64,000 bases of DNA from Microthyrium microscopicum (Eukaryota). The position numbers and the translations under genes were made by a program. Shown in pieces: positions 40,542 to 51,447 of the stretch (its first letter is position 1; each line of letters opens with the position of its first letter). The notes beneath the pieces were generated by a model. That model ran no database searches, was not told where the DNA came from, and saw only the letters and a list, made by a program, of their open reading frames with translations. Location of the stretch: positions 1,639,275 to 1,703,274 of the forward strand of contig MU004234.1 of NCBI GenBank assembly GCA_010405405.1, written 5' to 3'.

Positions 40542-41291
40542 TACGCTCAAGGAACTGGTCATAATTAGTTAAACATCGAATGTGTCTTTGACTCATTCCA
40601 ATTTAGATTTAGTCCATGATAACCAGCGGACGTCCGCAAATACGGTAGCCCGTGGATCCGCGTTGACCCTCAGGGAATATCGAAAACGACACCAATTGTC
40701 TTCCACAATTCATTCCCGCCGTGCGCTTCCATGATTATTGAGCGAGCCCATTTTCTTATGCAGCTTCCCCTCATCTCAACACCTGACGCGTATTCACGTG
40801 GCTACGCGAGATGCCAAGCATATTCGGGACAATTATTGTAGCGACTGAGGCCCGAATTTGGTCAGAGTTGAGTAATCAGGCTTCAAAATCCTCCCATTCT
40901 CGCTCTGTTACTGCATGGTTGCGGACCGGGATGCAGGCATAGGGCGCGTTATGTCGCGTCTAGCTGCGGTCCTTATGCAATCATGCCGCATTCTCTTCGT
41001 ACCAAGTCCAAATGTTTGGAATCGCTTCTTGAACAAGAAATACAGGCTTGCTCAATTGGGCGTTGCTTAGCTAATGACTAGATCCATTATCTGCTGTAGG
41101 TGATTATGACTCAATCAGAAATGCTAACACGAGGTAGGTAATACAGGTGTGCTATATCCTGCATCTTGCTGTTGGTGATCTGTATAAAGTTGAGTACAGT
41201 CACCTAGTACTTGAAGTTGACCCTACTCTCATCAACCATCCTTCTTACCAACCAAAAACTAAACATATCAGACCCCAAGCAAATAGCCAAC

Positions 41292-42065
41292 ATGTCTAAA
41301 GCCGCACAAAACAAGCTCGCCATCCTCCTCAGGAGCCTCCACAAACCTGGCGACCCAGTAATCATGGCCAACGTCTGGGACGCTGTCACCGCCGAAGCTC
41401 TCACCAAAGTCCCCGGTGTCAAAGCCGTCGCCACAGCATCCTATGCTATTGCAGCAGCTCGTGGCGTTGCGGACAACGACATGACATTCGAGCAAAACCT
41501 TGACGGCATCCGCTCAATTGCACCCAAAGTGGCCGCCGCAAACCTTCCACTCAGCGTAGATCTTCAAGACGGGTACGAAGATGTTGCCGCTTCCATCAAG
41601 GCTATCATCGAGCTTGGTGTCGTTGGCTGCAACCTTGAGGACTTCAACGACCGCACCAACTCACTTAGGCCAAAAGAGGAGGCCGTGGAGCGATTGAAGA
41701 TTGCCATGAAGGCGGCAAAGGAGGCAGGTGTGCCTGACTTCTGTATCAATGCACGCACTGATGTGGTGGTGCATGGCGGATCGATCGATGATGCGATTGA
41801 TCGGGCCCATGCATACCTGGATGCTGGTGCACATAATTCCTTTGTTTGGGGTGGTGGAGCACGCGGATTGAGGACTGAGGAGGTGGCAAGGTTGGCTGAG
41901 GCATTGGATGGGCGGTTGAATGTCATTAGGAGGTTGACGCCTGAGGGACTGACGCTGGGCGAGTTGAAGGAGATTGGAGTTGCGCGGATTAGTGTTGGTC
42001 CGACGCTACAGTTCAAGGCACTGGAGGCATTCAAGAAGGCGGCGCAGGATATGTTGGAGAAGTAA
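41292..42065 (+). CDS. PEP-mutase/isocitrate-lyase superfamily protein (not a true PEP mutase)
   Basis: ANVWDA, AVATASYA, LSVDLQDGY, GCNLED, INARTD and ARISVGP motifs. Lacks the EDKx5NS signature of phosphonate-forming PEP mutases. Confidence 0.85.
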   Translation: MSKAAQNKLAILLRSLHKPGDPVIMANVWDAVTAEALTKVPGVKAVATASYAIAAARGVADNDMTFEQNLDGIRSIAPKVAAANLPLSVDLQDGYEDVAASIKAIIELGVVGCNLEDFNDRTNSLRPKEEAVERLKIAMKAAKEAGVPDFCINARTDVVVHGGSIDDAIDRAHAYLDAGAHNSFVWGGGARGLRTEEVARLAEALDGRLNVIRRLTPEGLTLGELKEIGVARISVGPTLQFKALEAFKKAAQDMLEK

Positions 42066-42322
42066 GACAATCTTCTGCGAAGTATATGTAGCAGGATACA
42101 ATGAAAGTAGAATCTTCACTCTCTAGTTAACGAAGTTTTGTTTAAGCAGTGTGACTTTTGAAATGTACCATAAGTTCAATGATACGCGACGATAGTAAGT
42201 GGAAAACGGTACAAAAGAGATAGGATTCAAAGCTAACGTCATTAAATAGAATATCCATCGAGAGGCACTTCCCATCCTTCCCAAACTCCTGCTTTACAAA
42301 CCAAGAACAAATATTATGCCTA

Positions 42323-44010
42323 CTAGTGCACTCCATTTGTACCATTCTCCTCTACGGCGACAGTTGTGCCATTTGTACCATTTTCTTCTACGGCGGCAGC
42401 TGTTCCGTTCGTAGGCTTCTCGCCAGCGGCAATTGTGCCATCAGTTCCTGGTTTGGGAGCACCAGTGGCCTTATCCTTCATGAAACCACCTTCAATCAAG
42501 TTCATAGCAGTCTTGAACGGATCACTCTTTGACTTTGTGGCTGCTGGCAGACCGGCGGCAATGAACGCTTGCTCAAAGTCATGTTGGATATCCTCAAATT
42601 CCTCCAGACCGACACTGACGCGAATGAGATCAGGGGTGACACCTCCCTTGATCTTCTCCTCGTCGGGTAATTGTTGATGGGTAGTGACCCAAGGGTGAAT
42701 AATGAGTGTCTTTGCGTCACCAACGTTGGCCAAATGACTGCAGAGTTTCAGATTGTTGACTACATCGCGGACCTGATCGACGTTGCCGGCCTGGTTATAG
42801 GATTAGCAGATGCATTTCATGCATAGAAGAGGACACTTACCACGCCGAATGTGAGAACACCGCCTTGACCATTTGGCATGTTCTTTTGCCCGTACTCATA
42901 GTCAGGGTGTGACTTCAAGCTTGGATGAAGAACCCAGTTGACAGAAGGATGCGCTTCAAGCCACTCGGCAAGCTGCTTGGTACTGTCGCAATGGCGCTTG
43001 CCTCGAAGTGGCAGTGTTTCTAGACCTTGAAGGAAGAGCCAGGCATTGAAGGGACTCATACATGGGCCAAGATCGCGCATAGAATCCATGCGAAGCTTGG
43101 CTGCTAAAGCACCATAACCATATGTTTCCCAGAAACGCATGCCGTGGTAGCCATCAGCAGGCTCGGTGAATTCCGGGAATTTGCCAGAAGCAGACCAGTC
43201 AAAATGGCCACCATCGATTACAATACCGCCCATGCTGGTGCCGTGGCCTCCAATCCACTTGGTGCAGGAATGTGTGACAATGTCAGCACCGAGAGTGAGC
43301 GGTCTAGAGACGAAGCCACCCATTCCGAATGTGTTGTCGACGATCAGTGGGATGCCATGTTTGTGGCATACTTCTGCAATGGCTGCAATATCTGGAACAC
43401 TGTGCTTGGGGTTGGAGATGGTCTCGATGTACACTGCTCGAGTGTTCTCGTCAATGGTAGCGTCGATATCAGCTGGCTCGTTACCAACAACCCACTTGAC
43501 GTCTATCTTAAACTTCTTCATATACACTCTGAACTGATTGTAGGTGCCGCCGTATAGCCAGCTGGTGCTAACAAAGTTATGTCCTGGTTGGCAGCAGTTG
43601 GTGATGGCCATGAACTAAGAACATAATGGTTAGCTGTGCCTGTAAAGCATATGATAGTACCTACTTGAGCAGCATGACCAGAAGCAGTAGCTACAGCTCC
43701 AACACCTCCTTCAAGCATGGACATGCGTGTCTCAAAAACGTTATTGGTGGGATTGCCCATGCGTGTGTAAACATATCCTTCTTTGGACCAGGCGAATTTG
43801 CTGGCGCCATCTGCAGCGTCGGTGAAGTTATAGGCAGCGGTCTGATAGAGCGGAACTGCTCGCGATCCATTGACTGGATCTGGCTCTTGACCTCCATGGA
43901 GGGCGACTGTAGACCATGCTGGCGTCCTATATCAGATGATTAGATAAGCTTTTGAAATGAATGATGGAACCTTACTTGGAGACGTTGGCTAGGGAACCGG
44001 AAACTGTCAT
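42323..44010 (-). CDS. O-acetylhomoserine (thiol)-lyase / sulfhydrylase (Met17/CysD family PLP gamma-replacement enzyme), 4 exons
   Basis: [10 protein letters not shown]…[22 protein letters not shown] and IVDNTFG motifs; PLP lysine in [32 protein letters not shown] and IRVSVGLE. Introns at about 43927-43975, 43616-43664 and 42791-42840. Confidence 0.9.
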
Positions 44011-44308
44011 ATTTTCTGATATGAATGCTTAAATAGTAGATAAGGTGAATTGCTAAAGGGAGAGTAGCTTCAAGTTGAATGAGTTTCAAGTCAAAAGTGG
44101 TACTTTTTGAGGGAAGATATAAGTGATGTGATCGTGTAGTTTGAAGTAGACTGAGCTAATTATCGACCTGATTGCAGATACCATCTCGTTATAGATATAT
44201 AAGTATCTGATTTGTATCTTAGTCTTCAAAAGATGCTCGATTCAGTATTCGGCTTGCTCAATCAGGTTTCATGATGTTGCGGCATGTCAACGCGGCCAGG
44301 GATCTATC

Positions 44309-44350
44309 AAATCCCGAATCCATCCCACACCTCAACAACCAGACACCGAG
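44309..44350. promoter_or_regulatory. Putative cluster TF sites upstream of the OAH lyase
   Basis: AAATCCCGA at 44309-44317 and AGACACCGAG at 44341-44350. Nearby TGCGGCA at 44278-44284 and CGGGATT at 44409-44415. Confidence 0.55.
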
Positions 44351-44862
44351 ATGCCTGTTAGCTCTAATGCGGCCCCATAAGCTCTGCTTCATCTATGAAC
44401 CCGAGATCCGGGATTGTGGTAGGCGTAGTGCGTTCTTCTAATGCGTTGTACGATGCTTGTATGCTCCTGGGAGACCGGAAGTGCTGACAGGCTACCCTTT
44501 GAGGTAGTTTGAGACAGTTGTCCCAATTAGAGGCATCAACAGGAAGACTGTGGTGAGGCATGAGCATTAGATACCAAGCTTGTGCGGCTAGCTAATAGGT
44601 TCGAACTCAAGATCTTCCCCATTGTGAGATTATGCATGATAGGACCACTTGCTGGAAGATTGGTCTACAATAATTTTCCATCTCATGTTTTCTGATTTGC
44701 CACTACGACAATCGGTATTATTACATTCTATAAGCTATCGAGTATTTTGTTCCAAGCATTGGTATCTATTGGCTACATAATCCTTCAAGCCAAACCAGTC
44801 AGCCGCTCAACACTATTCTACTTGTTTTGATGTAGTCACACTCCATGCAATTGGGATCAACA

Positions 44863-47369
44863 TTAATTCCCGAAGTGGGTCTGAATGAACTCTTGAATTT
44901 GATCTAAACATTGTCAGTGAATTCATAGACTTGCAAATCCAGTACCTTTACATACCTCGCATGCCTGCTATGGCTTCGGAAGCTATCGAGTAGTTCTCCA
45001 GAGTGCTGGCAATAGAGACAAGAGCTCGGTGCATTTTGATGAACAGAGTTTGTACATAAATATCATTAGAAGCATTTTTCTCTGCCAATGTCTTTTGCCG
45101 CAGCATTAGAAGAGCATATCCGGCTTGCATGGCACAACAAGACATGGAAGGCATCGTTCGAGGCATAGGCTTGTTCGAGATCAGAAATGGATATGGCAAG
45201 GTCTCAAATGATTGGACAATATTGAGCGCTGACTTGAGGCATATCTTCTGGGAAGCTCGACTGCTGAAAGGGAAGAGCTCAATCAAATCACCGGTGCTCC
45301 GGAAGTCTTGTCCTGATGAAGCAACTGTGGGCTCACTTGGTGTTAGTGGTAGGTCCAAATCCATGTTAATATTCATGGATATCATGGATGTGCTGCAGCA
45401 TGCCATGGAAGACATGGAGGGTGTGCGGTCTCGAAAATCCAAAGGAGACGAAATCGGTTTCAGGTCGCAGTATTTCTTGCTGAAAATGGGGTGATCGAAG
45501 AAGGCACAAAATCTGTGCAGTTTTATTCTCGCACTGGATTCATCTCGTTAGTTCTGGGAAACAAAATATAGCATTCACATACCTATTTAGTTTCACACGA
45601 GCCATGCTTTTGAGCGTCTCAGCAACAATTTCTTCATCCGAGTCAACAGGGTTGAAGCTGGGCATGCATTGGGCATATTTGTCCGCCTGGGCGACGAGAG
45701 GCGCCATTTCTTGCTCAAGTTGTTGCATACGATCACATATTATGTCAAGATTTTCGTTCCTCTCAAGTGTCTTGTTTAGATCGACCACAAATAGCGTGGC
45801 AGATAGTATTGTTTGTTGAGCTTGAATGAAGAAGGGCCATGCCTATGATTTGTCAAGAAGATTTCCATGACTGAGCCACAGGATACTTACGTCTATATCG
45901 GAGTTCGTAGAAGGATATAGAGTCGTAAACGACGGATCGTAAAGTGATATGATCGGTGGCTGTTCAGTAAAGTCAGGCTAGCGCCAGGCAAGTCTTCAGA
46001 AGGCAACTTACACAACTGCTATAAATTGAAGCCTGACAGACACATATATACTGTACACATGTTAGAGTTTGGAGTAGTGGAAGAACGTCTTTTGGTAACG
46101 TACAGTCATCCACCAAGCCCTTCTTCTTGACTCCTCGAACTGGTCAAATTCTCCTCCTCTGGAGTGTAGGGACAAATTCATTGCGGCAACTAAAGCTTGG
46201 CCTGCACGGCTGCGCATGCGGTTGATGTTGCCTCTTTGCGAATACTCGTATATGCTGAGAAGATCCAGTGCTATAATGCTTTCTAGCTCTACCGGAACCA
46301 TGGGATGAAATGACGCTCGCATACTACGATCATGTGAGTCTGTAAGAGTATCACTAGGATCAACTGAAGAACCAGGAAGTTCAGACTCGATTTCTATGCT
46401 TTCAAGAGCAGATTGGACCAGAAAGTAGGAATATTTTCTTCGAAACAGCACCGCTTCTTCATTTGCCCAATCTGCATCCTGCTCATGTGGAATTAAGGCC
46501 AGAATAGCCGCAATGACGAGGCTTAAGGGTGACGAGGGATGATACTCGTCATCACCTGCTTCCAAGTCGTCCATGGAATAGGCAATAGCATTGTCACAAA
46601 GTGAGGCTGATAGGCTAGGTGGAGGTAAAATTGGAAAGTACTGGTGTATGAATATGTAATAGCCGTTCAATCTAAACTGAAATTAGCCAGCCGGCTCATT
46701 ACTAGATAGGCTGCTTCTTTGAGAATGGTCTCTTACAAATCTGAATCGCTTCCATATGCTCGAACAATGGGTGTGGCTGGCAATGAGGGTTCTTCCTCGT
46801 ATAAAGATCCGGAGCCTGGAGTCGTGGAGGGTGGTGTCGGATAGTTGAAGATGCTGTCAAAGATCATGTCGCTATCCTGATCCAATTCTTGATGACCTTG
46901 GGTTTGCGCCAGCCCTGCGCCAGGGTTCACCATCGATAAGACCTCGCCAGAAAAGTGTATTGAGTTAGGAAGATCTGTGTATCGTGTTGGATCAGTCAAA
47001 GGGAGTGGCGAGCAAAGAATCGAATCCTGATCCGCAGGTTGCGTGATTGATGATTTTGATGATAGGGCTTTAGACGCAGCTCGCCGTGATACTCGTGGAC
47101 CACCTCTTTTGCTAGGAACGTATATGCATTCTCTACTTTTCTTTACACACTGTCCCATTGTCAGCCGAATTTCAAGGAGATCTCGCTTTCGACTTTGACT
47201 CACACTAGTGCAGTCTCTCTTCCCATCACATCGCGTTCTAGAAGCACGACTAGAAGCATAGCATGTCAGCCTGGGTACTTCGTTCTTCGATTTCCTTGTC
47301 ATGAACTCACCAAGCTGTACATGCTGCTTTGACTGGAGGTTGAGCGAGCTTTTTTCTTGTCGTATGCAT
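44863..47369 (-). CDS. Zn(II)2Cys6 transcription factor with fungal-specific middle homology region, multi-exon
   Basis: The spliced N-terminus MHTTRKKLAQPPVKAACTAC|RASRTRCDGKRDCTS|CVKKSRECIYVPSKRGGPR contains all six Cys. Downstream YYIFIHQYFPILP and EESRRRAWWMT motifs. Last exon DQIQEFIQTHFGN* ends at 44863. Confidence 0.9.
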
Positions 47370-47383
47370 TTTGCTAACGGTGT

Positions 47384-47636
47384 TCGGGATTCAATTACGA
47401 GATAATAAACCTAGAATGCCGCATTGTAGGGGGCTTGTATCTCTATTTAGTCAAGGGCACACCGCGTGGCGATACATTGTGAAGGAAGAAGTGATAAGGC
47501 TACATATGTGTGCGGCATCTGCGGCATCTCAAGGGATACGCTATCCAGGTATTTCTGACAGGCCTTATCGCACATCTGCCGCAAGCACCCCACAGATAAA
47601 TGTAATTGTGCTCATGTTGAAGGTAGGAAATCCCGG
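47384..47636. promoter_or_regulatory. Putative autoregulatory sites upstream of the Zn2Cys6 gene
   Basis: TCGGGATT at 47384-47391 and AAATCCCGG at 47628-47636. Four TGCCGCA/TGCGGCA copies at 47417, 47511, 47520 and 47577. Confidence 0.55.
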
Positions 47637-48010
47637 ATTCCTGGTTAGAACAAGCTGTTGTGGCTGTCAAACAGCTTTTCTACTTGTTGAGTCTGGGCTT
47701 CAGACTATTGGGATACGGAACGAGCGGGAACTGGTTGTACATGCTTTTTACTTTCTGTTTTATCAGCACAAAGGGACAACGGAAGAAATGGAACAGGTTG
47801 GTTGTCATTCGAGCACAAGAGGCACCCATGGCATGGACAATAGACGATAAGTTAGTGGATAGTAGGATAGAGATTGAAGTTGGAGAATGTTTATATACCC
47901 CTATTATGATGGTCCGTGCACATATTGAGCTTTTCCCTCCTCCATTTCTTATTCCACTGCTTCCACCACTACAACAACCCTTTATCCAAAGATATCCATA
48001 TCCATCTCGC

Positions 48011-49281
48011 TCATCCTTGAAACTGGACGTTCACTGCAGGCTTGGTGTTCACAGTCAAGGAGCTGCTGTATGTCAGAAATGTGCTTCTTTACCAACGCGC
48101 CGAAGAACTACTCACAAAACATCGGGACGAGAATAACTGCCCACAGGATCAAAGTCGAGCTGCAGGATCGTTAGCGGGAGCAGCATAGATTTTACATTTA
48201 CATACTCGTGCCTCGACGATGTCTGATAGCTTCAGTGTCGCGTATACGATCTCTTCTTTATCCCACACGGGCTCAGCGATGAATGTACCCAAAGGCCCTA
48301 TGATGCAAGAACCACCATGCGATAGAATATCGTTGGGCTCCCATCGAGAACCATCTGGCTTGCGATCATAGTGACCTTCCGAGAATGGCGGGTAGTCTTT
48401 TGGAAAGTCCGATACCTTTGCAAACTGATTGACGTTCATCACAAAACATCGTCCTTCTTTCGCGATATGCTTCATTGTTGCTGTCCATTCTGGAAGATCG
48501 TCTGCGTTTGGAGCAATGTATATTCTGGTAACAAGAGTCAGCTGTAATACAAGAGAAGATCACGTCATATACTCTATTCCTTGTTGATAGAGAGCCATTC
48601 TTGCTGCGGGCATGTAGTTTTCCCAGCAGATGAGGCCACCAATCTTGCCGACCTCAGTTTGTGCCACTGTCAGGCCATCTCCAGCCCCGCGTCCCCAAAC
48701 AAGCCTTTCTGCGGCGGTTGGTATCAACTTCATATATAGTAAGTAGCTTCGAATATATTGGAACTGGAGCTCACTACCTTGCGATGGCGTGACAGAATCG
48801 CGCCCTCTCTGGATAAGAGTAAGGAAGTACAGTACAGCGTTCCTTGATCTTTCTCAATGATACCGACCGATAGGAAGATCTCATTGCTTCTGGCTACCTC
48901 TGACAGGAATTCCGTCTCGCTTGATGGTATGGCAACAGCGGATTCGTAGTATCGGGCATACCACTTTCGTCCTGCACACTTATCAGCTCCGCAAATAGGT
49001 TTAGATAAGGAGAGAATAGCCAACCACGAGGCTCACGAGCACCAATGGTTGCATCAAATGCATATCGCCAAGGATAAGCCGTTAGAAATCCTTCCCTATT
49101 GGAAGAATTAGTGAGCCGCACCAATCAAGCACAGAAACTCGTACGGAAATGCAACAATCTGGGCTCCATTGGTCGCAGCTTCAGTGGCTAATGCCGATAA
49201 TTTCTTCAAAGTATTTGGCAAGTCGAATGAAACTGGGGCTGCTTGAACAGCAGCAACCTTCACTACTTTTTGGCTTGACAT
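48011..49281 (-). CDS. Nitrilase (carbon-nitrogen hydrolase branch 1, CWEN type), multi-exon
   Basis: KVAAVQAAP start. The Glu-Lys-Cys triad lies in FP|EGF, HRK|LIPTAAERLVWG and GGLICWENYMP. C-terminal DFDPVGSYSRPDVF. Confidence 0.92.
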
Positions 49282-49717
49282 GCTTGAAACTGCCCTTTGG
49301 ATGACTGACTAAGGATTCCGAGGTGGCCTGAATTTGGGAAAAGTGGTTTTTACGACTATCGAACAGACCGGGAAGAATGTTTATGAAGCGATCGTCTTTC
49401 CACTTGCCGCATATCCTGCCATTCTGACACCCTCGCGGCTCATAAGTTTGAGGCTCGGTGTCTGACCCAAAAGCAAATCCCGACTACGGCTGATCTTCCC
49501 ATGGCTGCACAAATGCCTGGAAACGCATCTGGGATCGAAAACGGAGTAATTCTTAAGCTTAGGACGACAATGTGTTTTGCCGAGTGTGTTGGGTAAATAT
49601 CAAAAGTTCAAATTACTGCCACAACGGTGACGTTTCACGCTTCCACATTACTACTTGCCCACCATGACACATTATAGTCATGCTGTCAGCACCACGCTCA
49701 AGCAGAACCAAAAGACA
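49282..49717. promoter_or_regulatory. Bidirectional promoter, nitrilase / homoserine O-acetyltransferase
   Basis: Head-to-head starts about 435 bp apart. Contains TGCCGCA at 49405, CTCGGTGTCT at 49454-49463 and AAATCCCGA at 49475-49483. Confidence 0.65.
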
Positions 49718-51106
49718 ATGCACTTGACTTTGGAAAATACCGAAGCTACACTACTGGATACCCATCTGGAATCACAGAATCTTTATTCCGAGTTCATTCG
49801 CGATCAGAATTTCGCGGTGATACCTTCTTTCATACTTGAATCTGGAGAAGAGCTTCTCAACTGTCAAATTGCTTACAAAACTTGGGGACAGCTTAGCGCT
49901 CGAAAGGACAACGTTCTAGTTGTATGCCATGCTCTGACTGGCAGCAGTGACTTGGTAGATTGGTGGCGACCACTTTTTGGACCAGGGAAAGCACTTGACC
50001 CAACAAGATATTTTATCTTTTCTGCCAACACTCTAGGCTCTCCATACGGTAGTAGCTCTGCTCTGACTCTGGATCCAAGAACTAAAGCTCCATACGGATC
50101 AAACTTCCCAAATACTACCATTAGAGATGACGTGCGGTATGCCACCTCTTCATGCCTCATACCGATACAGTCACTGACACAATATAGAGCACAGAAGCTT
50201 GTACTTGACGCGCTTGGCATAATCTCTGTTGCAGCTGCTGTGGGAGGCTCAATGGGAGGCATGCATGCCCTTGAGTGGACTCTTTGCACGCCACGGAACT
50301 ACGTTAAGAGTCTTGTCGCTGTCGCTACCTCGCTTTATCACAGTGCATGGGGCATTGCGTGGGCAGAAACACAACGGCAAGCCATATACATGGACCCCGT
50401 GTTCGATGAGGGAAACTACGAGCAAAATCCCATGGGCCAACCAGCAGCTGGCATGACAGCCGCCAGAATGATAGCCATGTTGACATACCGGTCGTCTGAG
50501 AGCTTCGTCGCCCGCTTTGGTCGCAAAGAAAATACAACTGCCAGACAGGGTGTCAAAGTCCGTAACATCGCGCCTCATCTGTCAAGGCCTGTGTCGGCAA
50601 ACAAGAATATTGACATGAGACCTCTTTCGAGAAACTCCGATCCTTATTTTTCTGTTCAAGGTTATCTGGATTACCAAGGATCGAAGTTTCTGTCTCGATT
50701 TGATGCCAACTGCTATCTTCACCTGCTTAAGAAAATGGATTCTCACGATATCTGCCGTGGTCGAACGACCAATAAGAACGGCATTAGTCACTCAGACGAT
50801 GTCATCAAAGCTGTTTGTTCAAGGGCGCCGTTTGGCGCATTGGTGGTGGGTGTCAGCTCAGATGTCTTATTTCCTGTGGCAGAGCAGAAACATATTGTAG
50901 ATGTTTTGCCGGAAGCCAAGCTCCGCATTCTGCAGTCGAGAAATGGTCATGATGGCTTCTTGTTGGAGTTTGAAGAGTTGAATCGCTTGATTATAGAGCA
51001 TCTCCAAGGAAAACATCCCGAGATGTACAAAGGGGCACCAACGCCTTATCAAGTTCCTAGTCTTGTATATCAACGTGCGCCAAGCATGGTTGGTGAAATG
51101 GAATGA
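49718..51106 (+). CDS. Homoserine O-acetyltransferase (Met2/MetE family), 2 exons
   Basis: VCHALTGS, NTLGSPYGSSS, TTIRDDVR, nucleophile GGSMGG, ARMIAMLTYRS, YLDYQG, RFDANCY, SDVLFP and GHDGFLLE motifs. Stop-free 51-nt intron at 50137-50187. A start at 49664 is also possible. Confidence 0.92.
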   Translation: MHLTLENTEATLLDTHLESQNLYSEFIRDQNFAVIPSFILESGEELLNCQIAYKTWGQLSARKDNVLVVCHALTGSSDLVDWWRPLFGPGKALDPTRYFIFSANTLGSPYGSSSALTLDPRTKAPYGSNFPNTTIRDDVRYATSSCLIPIQSLTQYRAQKLVLDALGIISVAAAVGGSMGGMHALEWTLCTPRNYVKSLVAVATSLYHSAWGIAWAETQRQAIYMDPVFDEGNYEQNPMGQPAAGMTAARMIAMLTYRSSESFVARFGRKENTTARQGVKVRNIAPHLSRPVSANKNIDMRPLSRNSDPYFSVQGYLDYQGSKFLSRFDANCYLHLLKKMDSHDICRGRTTNKNGISHSDDVIKAVCSRAPFGALVVGVSSDVLFPVAEQKHIVDVLPEAKLRILQSRNGHDGFLLEFEELNRLIIEHLQGKHPEMYKGAPTPYQVPSLVYQRAPSMVGEME

Positions 51107-51447
51107 TGATCATTGTATATTAGAACATTTTATAGATTTCAGTTGATTCATTGTACAAAGACAGAGGCTTTTCCGTAGTGTCCTTGTGTCCTTGTATGTC
51201 CCAGGTTATCATTTGTCCACGAGAAATAAATTAGAGAAACGATTTGGCCCCAAAGTACATCATAGTAGGCATCGAAATGATCGCTAGCATGTCAAGAAGA
51301 CGAATTTCAACCCAAGAATTTTTTCCTTCATAGACTTCAACTCAAGGTGGTTAAGGTAGTACATACCATAGACTTCTTATGTACGTTTCTTCAAAAGAGG
51401 CAAAGATATCTTCAAATCAAGATATAAATTTGAATATAACAATATAT

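Noticed and set aside
41292..42065. Phosphonate biosynthetic cluster anchored on a PEP mutase
   Set aside because: The EDKx5NS motif is absent (it reads NLEDFNDRTNS), and there is no phosphonopyruvate decarboxylase or related gene nearby.
44590..44615. GGTTCGAACTC resembling a tRNA T-loop/B-box
   Set aside because: No flanking stem or cloverleaf could be built.
47371..48136. Two overlapping ~159-aa plus-strand ORFs between the TF and the nitrilase
   Set aside because: Non-ATG starts and no domain features. The region is the TF promoter plus the nitrilase 3' end.
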